This document shows, one piece after another, positions 49,112 through 59,009 of a stretch of 64,000 nucleotides of DNA. A program made the translations under genes and the position numbers. The stretch covers positions 210,601 through 274,600 of the forward strand of contig JBGAHS010000011.1 in assembly GCA_044226015.1 (NCBI GenBank), written 5' to 3'. The first letter of the stretch is position 1; every line of letters starts with the position of its first letter. The notes under the pieces are model-generated. The model searched no databases. It saw only the letters and a list, made by a program, of their open reading frames with translations, and was not told where the DNA came from. This DNA is from Candidatus Obscuribacteraceae bacterium. GTDB lineage: Bacteria > Cyanobacteriota > Vampirovibrionia > Obscuribacterales > Obscuribacteraceae.

Positions 49112-49647
49112 TGTAACGCCCTCCAATCCTTGCCCAAGGCAAGGCCGACTCTTCCTGGGGTCGGCTTTCGGTTTATCATTCGACAAACTTTTTCTTTAAC
49201 AATTCGACTATATACCGGTGAAATAGGCTTGTCGACACAAAAGTTTTCAGAGCTTTCGACTTAAGTGCGGGAAACACGTAGGAGCATTAAGGCGACCTCA
49301 TAAAACCGGGTTGCCAAGCGGGTTTTATGAGCTCCAGTTGAGCTTTTTCTGACTCTAATTTTCAGAATCTTAGAGTGGTATCACAAATCTTCTCCAATCA
49401 GTGACAGCGGCTTCTAGAGCCACTATTAGCGCATGTTAATATCTACCCATGCCACTCCGTTGCCCTTCCAACAGCTCCTACTGTGCCAAATGTTGTGCCA
49501 CTACTGCTGGTGAATAGGTTCTTCTGACATAATTAAAATCGACGACACACACGCACTTTAAGCAAATAAATCAAGGTTCGAGTGATTTCTCTTGGTTTGT
49601 ACCGAATGAACCGAAGGCGATCTTCAAACCATTGCCATTTGTATATC

Positions 49648-50130
49648 TTAACGACTTCGAAAAGCGTCGTCCAATAGAACTTTCCAATCCAGGTTGTAGG
49701 GTTCTAATAACTCGCCATTAGCATCGAAGAGATTTTGATTACCATAGTACTGGTCTGCTCCCGCGGCCTCTAATTCGACCTTTTGGTATGCTAAACACCC
49801 AGACTTTACCGAGATTGCGCCGAAATCTACCTCTGTTAACCGCCTCTGAATGAGAGCGCGATCTGAAATGTGTAAGCCCTGACGCGCAGAAAATGAGCAC
49901 CACTCAACATGAAACGCGATAAGCTCTAGTGCATATTCTTCTTCTGGAAGTGCTATGAGAATTCGAAGTATTGTGGACTCTCCAGATATTGTCGAACCTG
50001 CCCTGGAATTTGTTTTTTCAGTCTCGTATTGAGAGTTTCCAAAGTGTACCTCCTTAACGTAGGAATGGTCCCAGTTCAACAAATTGCGTAAAGTGACAAC
50101 CGCAGTGTTGCTTGTGATGAGAGTTAACAT
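49648..50130 (-). CDS. Hypothetical protein
   Basis: 160-aa ATG ORF at the edge of the toxin island; no recognised motif. Confidence 0.45.
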   Translation of the reverse strand: MLTLITSNTAVVTLRNLLNWDHSYVKEVHFGNSQYETEKTNSRAGSTISGESTILRILIALPEEEYALELIAFHVEWCSFSARQGLHISDRALIQRRLTEVDFGAISVKSGCLAYQKVELEAAGADQYYGNQNLFDANGELLEPYNLDWKVLLDDAFRSR

Positions 50131-50157
50131 GATTTCCCCGAAACAAGGTGGTTTAGC

Positions 50158-50463
50158 TTGTATGGACCGAAAGGAGGCGGCGGATTGCCCGGTTATAGAT
50201 ATAACTCAATGAAGGATAGGCGAGGAAACGTCCTGAAACGGGGTGAATTTAACTTGCATACTGGGTCGAGGTCCGACGGATGTGTCACTGTAAGATCAGA
50301 TCAACCGGAGACAATGCGTGGCACTAATGGGCAACCTGTGGCTAACCCACAATATCCTAGCAGTGCGGCATTCAACATAATCAAAGGGATAATAAATAAT
50401 ACGAGCCCCTACGCCTACAAGGGTCAAACTGGATTCAAAGGAATACTGAAGGTAGTACCATGA
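50158..50463 (+). pseudogene. Orphan toxin tip, Tlde1/DUF2778-like L,D-transpeptidase-fold domain (5' truncated)
   Basis: RGEFNLH.G..SDGCVT motif; no credible start codon or RBS. Confidence 0.65.
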
Positions 50464-50909
50464 GAAAAATTCTTTTCCTCACTTTGTGTTTCTTTCTCTG
50501 CCCATCATCAATTGCGGCGAGCCCGCCTGATATAAAGGAAGCAAAGTCTCTGCAAACTTGTCTTTCCAAAGTAAATCAAATAGTTGCTTTGGCGGCATCT
50601 GACATCAGTGATTCGGTGTTGGATGGAAAAATATCAACGACTTTGGCGGGCCAGTCAAACAGAGATTTGCTTCTAGTTGGTCTGATTCTAAACAAAATTC
50701 GACTGAGGCAGGAAGCGGCGACCTGTGGCGTAGAGAAAGTGGTCGACAGGGCTTTCTGGGCTAGTGCAAGAAGAATTGCAATAAGCAAGAAAAAAGATGC
50801 TTCAGATATCCTTGATCAACTCAAAGCCGAAATATCGCCAGATGGTGCGGCGTCGTTGAAGTTCAAGAATCTTGAGAGGCTCTCCCGTGGACAACCGGAA
50901 AATTGGTAG
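50460..50909 (+). CDS. Putative periplasmic immunity protein
   Basis: ATGA overlap with the toxin stop; signal peptide MRKILFLTLCFFLCPSSIA. Confidence 0.65.
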   Translation: MRKILFLTLCFFLCPSSIAASPPDIKEAKSLQTCLSKVNQIVALAASDISDSVLDGKISTTLAGQSNRDLLLVGLILNKIRLRQEAATCGVEKVVDRAFWASARRIAISKKKDASDILDQLKAEISPDGAASLKFKNLERLSRGQPENW

Positions 50910-51455
50910 ACACAGGATAGATCTTGTAAGGTCCAAACAAAGAACTCTCCACACATCATTTCCTTCTTCCCGAAGTGCGACACAGCGCCGACAATTGAAG
51001 CTAGGCTTAAGCGGGATCCTGAAAGCCGTCTCCAGCGTCAGACCTTATTCTACAGGAATGATTGAGAACAGAGTAGGGCTTCCGAGGCGATGCCTCTAGA
51101 GGTTTAGTCACCGCACTACCGACGGTGCGCGTCGTAATAGATCAAATTCCACAGAACCATTTGGGTTCTGCAGCAGTACAGTTTGTTAATCGATATCCGA
51201 AGTTCAGCGTATATTAACTAGAAAAGCTGGACATATGCGCTTGAGTCGGGGGTGATCACCCAGCTTCTGAAATTCAGCGAAGCATATTGAGGTTCGAGTT
51301 GCCGTTCGGACCACTTCTTTTCAGGTCAACTAAATTTCTCAGGAAACGCAACTCTACGCTGCCGAATTATATTCGCCAGCTATCCATTGTTGCGAAAAGT
51401 TTTCTGCTCGGCATATTCTTGCGCTTTTGATCGCCGCTGACACTCATTTCAAGGC

Positions 51456-51914
51456 TTGGGAAATATTGCAAACAACAGCTTGATCAATAGAGACTATGGA
51501 TACCACGGCGAAACTAAGAGTGACACATATTGTATTAATGGACAGCGACTTGATGCATATCAGTTTACAAACTTTCTTGCCGGTTATAGTGCGCAATCGT
51601 GGGACAGCGTTTATGGACATGGGAACTTCCCAGCCCTAGGCACGTTAAAGGCAGTCGGTGTTGGCTGGCATACTCTTGCTTACGTGATTAGGGTGGCACC
51701 AGCGGCAGCGTTTTATGGTCCGGCACCCCCTCAAGAATCCCTTGCTGCCTTAAACAGGATCGGGGCCAGATCTGCTGCTACATTCTCACGAGGTTATTGG
51801 GACATCCTCAACAGACGAGGAGGAGCAGACATTGAAGTTGGTGCATGGCATGCGTTGGATCCTGGCGCAGCTCTTAAGGGCGGGTCAGGCTATTCAAAAT
51901 GCGGTTGTGACTAA
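51456..51914 (+). pseudogene. Orphan toxin-tip fragment (possibly Ntox44-like)
   Basis: DY...F.NF.AGY pattern, Gly/Ala-rich, ends KCGCD like a neighbouring tip; TTG start only. Confidence 0.4.
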
Positions 51915-51979
51915 GAAGAAAGTGTATGATGATCATAATGAAACACGCCGAGGAACTAATTTCAGGAAACTTATAGATA

Positions 51980-52276
51980 ATGACATGGACCTGTTCATCT
52001 TCTAGCAATTCCAGCTCGCTGAAGCGCAGAATTTGCATTTCAGCAGTTGGGGGACTTCTTATTGGCACATTCGTCGTTTTCATAATTTTTATTAGGCCAA
52101 GCCTGTATCAGGGACCGCAGCAACAAATCCTTCCGCTATATCATGAAGTGGAAATGCAGTACTTAAGTAAAGGAAAGCAGCCACCTCCGTTACTGGATGA
52201 ACTGGTTCAACAAACCTTCTGGCTCTGGATTGCTGTTTTCCCTTTCTTCTCATTTGTGCAGGGATCGGACCACTAG
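51980..52276 (+). CDS. Small two-TM protein, candidate immunity (possibly truncated)
   Basis: Directly follows the tip; two hydrophobic segments. Confidence 0.45.
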   Translation: MTWTCSSSSNSSSLKRRICISAVGGLLIGTFVVFIIFIRPSLYQGPQQQILPLYHEVEMQYLSKGKQPPPLLDELVQQTFWLWIAVFPFFSFVQGSDH

Positions 52277-52666
52277 TCATATTGCTGCGGGAAGGCAGAA
52301 ACAATACTGGAACAGTTTCGAAATCACTTAAGGTGGCGGAATGGAAGCAGGCGCCAAGCACAACTTTGCCAGTCACAGAGAATGTCTCTGATCAATCTGT
52401 TGTAATCTCGCTGAAGGAGCCGAACTTGCAAGACCAGCAATAATTGCATAGCTGATGCAAGGGATCGATCATCCATCAAAACCTGCCTTCTTCCCAAACT
52501 CAACCGCTCGTGGCATCGTAGCTGTAAAGCCTTGGTGGACAGACGAAAACGATTGTGATTGGCAACATTCCGAAATATTGTGTGAGGGATTAAATGATAT
52601 GGAATAAGGAAGACATAGCTCTTTCTTGAATTCAATTTGAATGTCAATCGCTTCAAGCCGCAGTGG

Positions 52667-52915
52667 TTGAGAGCACCAACGGCAGTGGCACCTTAAAACA
52701 GCAATTTAACCGCTGCGGAACAGAACGATGCGAAATGCGTGACGCATTCGTCGCACTCACAACCATCTGTTCGTTAGTTGTGTCCATTCCCCTATTACTC
52801 CCAAATACAATGTTTCTGTTTCTCACATTCAGGCGTCTTGTGCTTTCAAAAGCGACGACAAAGAGCTAGATGGCTACTTCTGACTGCTCAGGATATTTCT
52901 TTGGGCGCCTTTCCT
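52667..52915 (+). pseudogene. Chimeric remnant: divergent Rhs fragment fused to the 3' end of the 56295..56714 gene
   Basis: VESTNGS...CGTERCEMRD followed by ~150 bp similar to 56610-56753. Confidence 0.7.
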
Positions 52916-52919
52916 GCAG

Positions 52920-54085
52920 TCGACAAAAATAGCGCCAGCAGTGAAACCCTTTCCTACGACGAAAAAGGCAATTTGCTGGACGACGGAACCAATGCTTACG
53001 CCTGGGATGCTGAGGATCGACTCATCCAAATTACCTATGCAGGAACAGGCAATAACACGCAGTTTGCGTATGATCCGATGGACAGGTGCGTTCAGATTCA
53101 GGAAAACGGCAGTACGCCGAGCTATAGCGGCATTGCGACAAAGAATTTTATCTGGTGCGGTTCTGAACGCTGCGAAGAACGCGATAGCAGCAATGCCGTA
53201 GTAAGCCGCTTCTGTGGACTGGGGCAAGCGACCTCAGGTTCGAATTATTTTTACGCATTCGATCATCTCGGTTCAGTGCGAGAAGTCACCGACAGTAGTG
53301 GCAATGTGCTAGCTGTATTTGGATTCGACCCATACGGAAACAAGTCTGTACTGTCAGGCACATTCAAGCCCGCCTTTGGATTTACCGGAATCTATCAGCA
53401 CTCACGCACAAATCTGGCTTTGACCTGGTTCCGCCAATACAACCCAAGCCTCGGCCGCTGGCTGAGCAGAGATCCTCTGGGCGAAAGTGCAGGTCTAAAT
53501 TTGTATGGTTATTCCGGGAATAATCCGATTAACATGGTTGATTCTTTGGGACTTGAATGCAAATGCAACCTGAGTCCTGACCTAAGCATGATCATTCGCC
53601 AAATGCAAACTGTGATAGGCGATGCGGGACAAATCGGAAACGGAACAACCGGGTCAGAGTTTGGTGGTGCAGTCGGATACGGCAATTCCGATCTGGCGTA
53701 TGTGACTGGCAGTATGGGATGGATAGCAACTCCAGTCTTCGAAACTACGGAAATTACACGGAAAAATCCATCGAGCTGGACAAACTTCCCCAACGCAATC
53801 GGAAATCTCTGGTCAAGGCAAGGCATCAGTAGTCCAGTATCAGTTTGGCACAGCCATCCAACAATAAATGGGATGGGGTCCGGGGTCTTTTCAATCGAAG
53901 ACCTTCAGCAAGCAAATAACTGGGGGGTAACATCCTATATATTAGCCCCCAATGGGGAAGTGCGAAGGTACATCGGCGGGACTAAGGACAATCGAGCGTT
54001 GACTGAGAATGATCGACTTGGAACTTATGTAGGTAAGTTTGATGGCTTCAACTTTAGCCCCGATTCATCAATGTGCGGCAAATAA
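52920..54085 (+). CDS. Orphan Rhs cassette 1: Rhs-associated core + JAB/MPN-like C-terminal toxin
   Basis: DHLGSVR, FRQYNPSLGRWLSRDP, NLYGY..NNP...DSLGL; tip has E.GG, WHSHP, FS..D. No real start. Confidence 0.85.
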
Positions 54086-54119
54086 TGCTTACTAGGTTTC
54101 AATGCACAATTTTCTAGGG

Positions 54120-54401
54120 TCACATTGTTCCCTTCACAAACGATCCAATCCAAGGTAGAACGAACGACGGAATTACGCAAAGAAGAAAAAATAGTGTCCA
54201 GGACAAACGATTACGCCACCTGTATATCGCAGCAGCTCCTATTGTTTCGAATACAAACATACCAATCAACGCATACCTTGAACCGAGCATTCCGAGAAAT
54301 CCTTCAAGCATCCCCGGGTGAACCAGAATCCACAGCCAAGGCGAGCTCCAAGAAATTAGAATCAAAGTCACTTCCATTTTACGATTGCTAACATCGTTCA
54401 T
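54120..54401 (-). CDS. Small three-TM hypothetical protein
   Basis: ATG ORF with GGAG upstream; hydrophobic; convergent with cassette 1. Confidence 0.5.
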   Translation of the reverse strand: MNDVSNRKMEVTLILISWSSPWLWILVHPGMLEGFLGMLGSRYALIGMFVFETIGAAAIYRWRNRLSWTLFFLLCVIPSFVLPWIGSFVKGTM

Positions 54402-54622
54402 ACGCGGGCTCCAGCCAGCCAGACTACTATTATAGCCTCAGACTCTGATTATTAATAGAGATCGCTCGATTGAGATACCCATACAATCCTAAGTATAGAC
54501 TCAATTATTACCCGCTCCCAAGTTCTTAAATCACCTCCGGTAGCAGCCGTGGCTGTCGGGAACTACATAATTGTCTTGACTCTAAGCCGGTCCAGATCTG
54601 CTATTGGAATATCTCGGCGAGG

Positions 54623-54815
54623 TGAATACCCCATAAGATAGCGTCAATGTGCGGCTCTGTGTCCCGTTTAGGAGCGAAGGAAATGATGGGAGAGTGAATT
54701 ATCCGGTTTTTTTTTCAGGTATGCTTACTAAGTTTAGCGAGTGAAGAGCCACGGGAAGCCTTTTTAGAGGAATCTATGGAGAGCAGCTATTCATCAGCTC
54801 CGCCATTGACAGCAC
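54623..54815 (+). repeat. 193-bp element, inverted copy at 58278..58469
   Basis: TGAATACCCCATAAGATAGCGTCAATG...CCATTGACAGCAC reverse-complements 58278-58469 with a few mismatches. Confidence 0.92.
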
Positions 54816-54859
54816 AGCAGCAAGATCTAACAATGCAAGAATAAGAACCTAAACCTCAG

Positions 54860-54919
54860 CCAAGCCACTTTGCCTTCAAGAAATGAGTGATACTGAAAGC
54901 GGTGCCACATTTAATCGCA
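54860..54919 (+). repeat. 60-bp direct repeat, second copy at 58473..58532
   Basis: CCAAGCYACTTTGCYTTCAAGAAATGAGTGATACTGAAAGCGGTGCCACATTTAATCGCA in both places. Confidence 0.92.
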
Positions 54920-55099
54920 AGTTCTCCGATAACAGATAGTGTTACTCAGTTTAGGGTTGATGTTTTTCTCCTTCGCGTGCATCTTGGTGTTGCAGAAAGC
55001 TTCTTCGGTAACTGAACTTCAGATGCATCAGTACCATTGCTGCACCGCAAATAGTGTCATTGCATAGCGATCTTTCGTATTCGCTTTTTGCTCGGGGCA

Positions 55100-56253
55100 T
55101 CGACAAAAATAGCGCCAGCAGTAAAACCCTTTCTTACGATGAAAAAGGCAATTTGCTGGACGACGGAACCGATGCAAACGCCTGGGATGCGGAGGATCGA
55201 CTCATCCAAATTACCTATCCAGGAACAGGCAATAACACACAGTTTTCGTATGATCCGTTGGACAGATGCGTTCAGATTCAGGAAAACGGCAGTACGCCGA
55301 GCTATGGCGGCAATGCGACAAAGAATTTTATCTGGTGCGGTTCTGAACGTTGCGAAGAACGTGATAACGGCAATGCCGTAGTAAGCCGCTTCTGTGGAAT
55401 GGGACAAGCGACCTCAGGTTCGAATTATTTTTACGCATTCGATCATCTCGGTTCAGTGAGAGAAGTCACCGATAGTAGTGGCAATGTGCTGGCTGCATTT
55501 GGATTCGACCCATACGGAAACAGGTCTGTACTGTCAGGCACCTTCAAGCCCGCCTTTGGATTTACCGGAATCTATCAGCACTCACGCACGAATCTCGCAT
55601 TGACTTGGTTCCGTCAATATAACCCAAGCCTGGGTCGCTGGCTGAGCAGAGATCCACTGGGAGAGAGTTCAGGACTCAATTTGTATGGTTATTCCGGGAA
55701 TGATCTTGTTAGTTACGTTGATCCACTGGGATTGAAGACTTTGAAAATTAAGGGATTGGAATTGAAATACGCGTACTGGCTCTATCTTACTGCCGGCAAT
55801 GACAGCCAGGATCCTCTAAGTGCTGTTGACGTGCCACTCAGCGACACGGGATGGGGTAATACCTTCGATCCAAAGATATTTCCGAGTATGAATCAATGGA
55901 TCGATTGTGCTAAGTCACAAAACGCAGCAAGCAGAAAACCTTATAGCAAGACTTTTAGCACCAAGGCGTTGGTTAAGGCAAAAAAGAGTGCTGCAAATTA
56001 TGGCTCATATGGAACCTTCACTCTTAACTTCAGTGGAACAGTGACAGTGACTGCTGATGGCAATGTACAATTTAAAGGAACCTTGTCAGGACATGATTTC
56101 TATGACTTTGACCCGAAAGAAAACCAACGCAAGAAATTTTCGGAGCTCGTAACAAGAGCAGGTAACGCTCTAGGAGCTGGATTCGGTGCAACTGGTCTCA
56201 CTAGACCACAAGGCTATCGGGTAAATCTGTTACCTGTAGACGTGAACTTCTGA
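55100..56253 (+). CDS. Orphan Rhs cassette 2: Rhs core + colicin M-like lipid II-degrading toxin
   Basis: Core near-identical to cassette 1, DPLGL; tip GTFTLNFSGTVTVTADG...F.GTL...DFYDFD....R...E..TR.G parallels the colicin M catalytic domain. Confidence 0.85.
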
Positions 56254-56294
56254 TACGCCTTTCATACTGGGTTTCAGGCACAAGGAGAACAATA

Positions 56295-56714
56295 ATGAGA
56301 GAACGAATTGTAGCCAAAGTCATGGATTTCATTGAAAGCTGCTATTTTTCCATGATTCTCATAATTCTCTCATTCGAAATCAAATCGGACCTAAAAGATC
56401 TGATTGAGAAACCAGAGTTTGAACCAACACCTTCAGGCGTTGAGGCAATGACAAATGGACTCATCAACCCACTCATGATTCTGTCAGTACTACTTTTCCT
56501 TCGCTTTTTACTTCAACGTCGTTGGCTTGAACTGACATCTCCAGCTCTTTTCGGTTTAGGATTGATCGCATATGCAATAACACTCAGCGACTATTCATCG
56601 GCTGAATCTATCTGTTCGCTAGTTGTGTCCATTCCTCAAGTGCTTCTAAATACAGTGTTACTGTTTCTCACATTTCGGCGTCTTGTGCTTTCAAAAGCGA
56701 CGACAAAGAGCTAG
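56295..56714 (+). CDS. Multi-TM membrane protein, candidate immunity for the colicin M-like tip
   Basis: AGGAG RBS; about four hydrophobic segments; directly downstream of the tip. Confidence 0.7.
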   Translation: MRERIVAKVMDFIESCYFSMILIILSFEIKSDLKDLIEKPEFEPTPSGVEAMTNGLINPLMILSVLLFLRFLLQRRWLELTSPALFGLGLIAYAITLSDYSSAESICSLVVSIPQVLLNTVLLFLTFRRLVLSKATTKS

Positions 56715-56758
56715 ATGGCTACTCCTGACTGCTCTTTCTTGGGCGCCTTTCCTACAAC

Positions 56759-57829
56759 AGCGCCAGCAGTACGAAAAAGGCAATTTGCTGGACGACGGAA
56801 CCGATGCATACGCCGGGATGCGGAGGATCGACTCATCCAAATTACCTATCCAGGAACAGGCAATAACACGCAGTTTGCGTATGATCCGATGGACAGGTGC
56901 GTTCAGATTCAGGAAAACGGCAGCACGCCGAGCTATAGCGGCAATGCGACAAAGAATTTTGTCTGGTGCGGTTCTGAACGCTGCGAAGAACGTGATAGCA
57001 GCAATGCCGTAGTAAGCCGCTTCTGTGGAATAGGACAAGCTGCTTCAGGTTCGAATTATTTTTACGCATTCGATCATCTCGGTTCAGTGCGCGAAGTCAC
57101 CGATGGTAGTGGCAATGTGCTAGCTGCATTTGGATTCGACCCATACGGAAACAAGTCTGTACTGTCAGGCACATTCAAGCCCGCCTTTGGATTTACAGGA
57201 ATCTATGAGCACTCACGCATGAATCTCGCATTGACCTGGTTCCGCCAGTACAATCCAAGCCTCGGCCGCTGGCTGAGCGGAGATCCGCTGGGAGAGAGTT
57301 CAGGACTCAATTTGTATGGTTATGCCGGGAATAATCCGATTAACAGGACGGACTGCTTGTAACGGATGAATATTTGAATGCGGCACCTTATGGGGGAACG
57401 CCTTACGTGCCTGGTCCTTCTTCGATGAGGGAATTAACTCCAATTGAAAATGCAGCTTGGCATTTTCTAACACCCATTTCGGATGCACTTTCCACAGTGG
57501 AAGCTCAAATGCTTGGAACGGTTGCAAACGTTGGGATTATGGTTATGGCTCCCGAATTGGAGACAGGGCGAGCAATACTATCCATAGGAGACCTTTCCCT
57601 GGAAGAGCAAGCGATAGTAAAGCAAATTTGGGCGAAACAAAAGCCTGCATGTGCTCTTCCCGAGAGGCAACGACTGAGGCTTGCTGACTATTATGCTAAA
57701 GTTGGAGAAAGATCTGCCGGATCCGGTCAAGGTGCATTCAACAAAGCGAGGGCCGCATATCTGAGGGGACAAGGACCTCATCCCGGCCGTACTGTAGACG
57801 AGTTTAATTCAGTTGATAAACTGCGTTAG
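56759..57829 (+). pseudogene. Orphan Rhs cassette 3, frameshifted at its 5' end and at the DPxGL junction; unknown tip
   Basis: Core near-identical to cassettes 1 and 2, stops at NRTDCL*; the other frame reads GLLVTDEYLN into ORF 57374..57829. Confidence 0.85.
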
Positions 57830-57843
57830 AAGGAAGCAAGACA

Positions 57844-58194
57844 ATGACCACGGTTTCAATCGTATTTAGTAACCAAAGCGACGGTGACGACCAGCCCATA
57901 TCACTGCAGGTTGACCCTTGGGCTGGGTTCTATCGCCTGAAAAAAGGAGAGGAAATTGAAATCGTTGCTGTGAGCCAAACATCTTCTCCTCGGTTTAGCG
58001 TTGATGAAATCGGCAACAGAAAGATCCTGTTGATAGCAGACAGCACTGAATACTATGTCGTTGTCAACGGTGAGCGAATTCACTGGGAGCAGTATCAATT
58101 AGACCCCCGTCTTTGCACTTCATGTCTAAAACCGCTGAACATAGAAGTGGGGTTAGGAGAAGACGTTTGCAAATGCAAGAAAGAATCATCTTGA
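57844..58194 (+). CDS. Candidate immunity protein for the cassette 3 tip
   Basis: AAGGA RBS; 14 bp after the tip stop; small soluble protein. Confidence 0.6.
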   Translation: MTTVSIVFSNQSDGDDQPISLQVDPWAGFYRLKKGEEIEIVAVSQTSSPRFSVDEIGNRKILLIADSTEYYVVVNGERIHWEQYQLDPRLCTSCLKPLNIEVGLGEDVCKCKKESS

Positions 58195-58277
58195 GCCGCG
58201 TCTGTTGCAATTTTTACTTGATTCTCAGCCATTTCCCGCGAGTCTGCAATAATTCGAATTGGTAGATCCGCTATCTC

Positions 58278-58469
58278 GTGCTGTCAATGCCGGAGCTGAT
58301 GAATAGCTGCTCTCCATAGATTCCTCTAAAAAGGCTTCGCGGGGCTCTTCACTCGCTAAACTTAGTAAGCATACCTGAAAAAAGACCGGATAATTCATTC
58401 TCCCATCATTTCCTTCGCTCCTAAACGGGACACAGAGCCGCACATTGACGCTATCTTATGGGGTATTCA
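58278..58469 (-). repeat. Inverted copy of the 193-bp element
   Basis: Reverse complement of 54623..54815. Confidence 0.92.
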
Positions 58470-58588
58470 GATCCAAGCTACTTTGCTTTCAAGAAATGAG
58501 TGATACTGAAAGCGGTGCCACATTTAATCGCACTAATCAACAGCAACCGGATACGATAATTCCATAAAGCCTCGTAGGACAAGGAAGA

Positions 58589-58939
58589 ATGAAGGATATC
58601 TGCGCATATCACGCGTTTTCTCCGGTCCTTTCTTTGACGTGGAGTAAAATTCGCAGTGCAAAAAAAACACTGACACAGAAGCTGGTTGATTCCGTAGAGC
58701 TTCCATGGCATGGCTCAACTGGCAACCGCGCACTCGCAATCATAGGTAGCATCGCGAATCCATCAGAAAGCGGCTCACTGATTAAGGGGATGAATGCACT
58801 AATCCTACAGGCTCGGAGAGGTGGAGCTAACGTGCTTGAGATTACTGGTGGATCCGATAACACAAAATTGCTTCGTTTTTTGAATGGTGATTTGTTCAAA
58901 AACAAATATAATGCAACAGTACAGTTCAACGGTCCCTGA
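58589..58939 (+). pseudogene. Possible core-less toxin-tip fragment
   Basis: Context only (precedes small ORFs in the island); no recognised catalytic motif. Confidence 0.3.
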
Positions 58940-59009
58940 CTTGACGCTGGTAAGCCTTTTTACACCATAAACATCAAAATACCCTTGGATTAGCAAGAAG
59001 AGAATAGCA

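Noticed and set aside
49297..49331. Riboswitch upstream of the S53 gene
   Set aside because: Only an 11-bp inverted repeat (CTCATAAAACC/GGTTTTATGAG); no riboswitch consensus recognised. It could be an operator or a simple hairpin.
49560..49640. tRNA gene
   Set aside because: Only isolated tRNA-like words are present; no cloverleaf can be built.
52324..52656. Minus-strand ORF or eroded Rhs YD-repeat remnant
   Set aside because: Only faint YD-like words across broken frames; too weak to call without an alignment.
52778..52919. N-terminal extension of the cassette 1 ORF as a real start
   Set aside because: It is an out-of-frame read of the duplicated immunity-gene tail, with no RBS.
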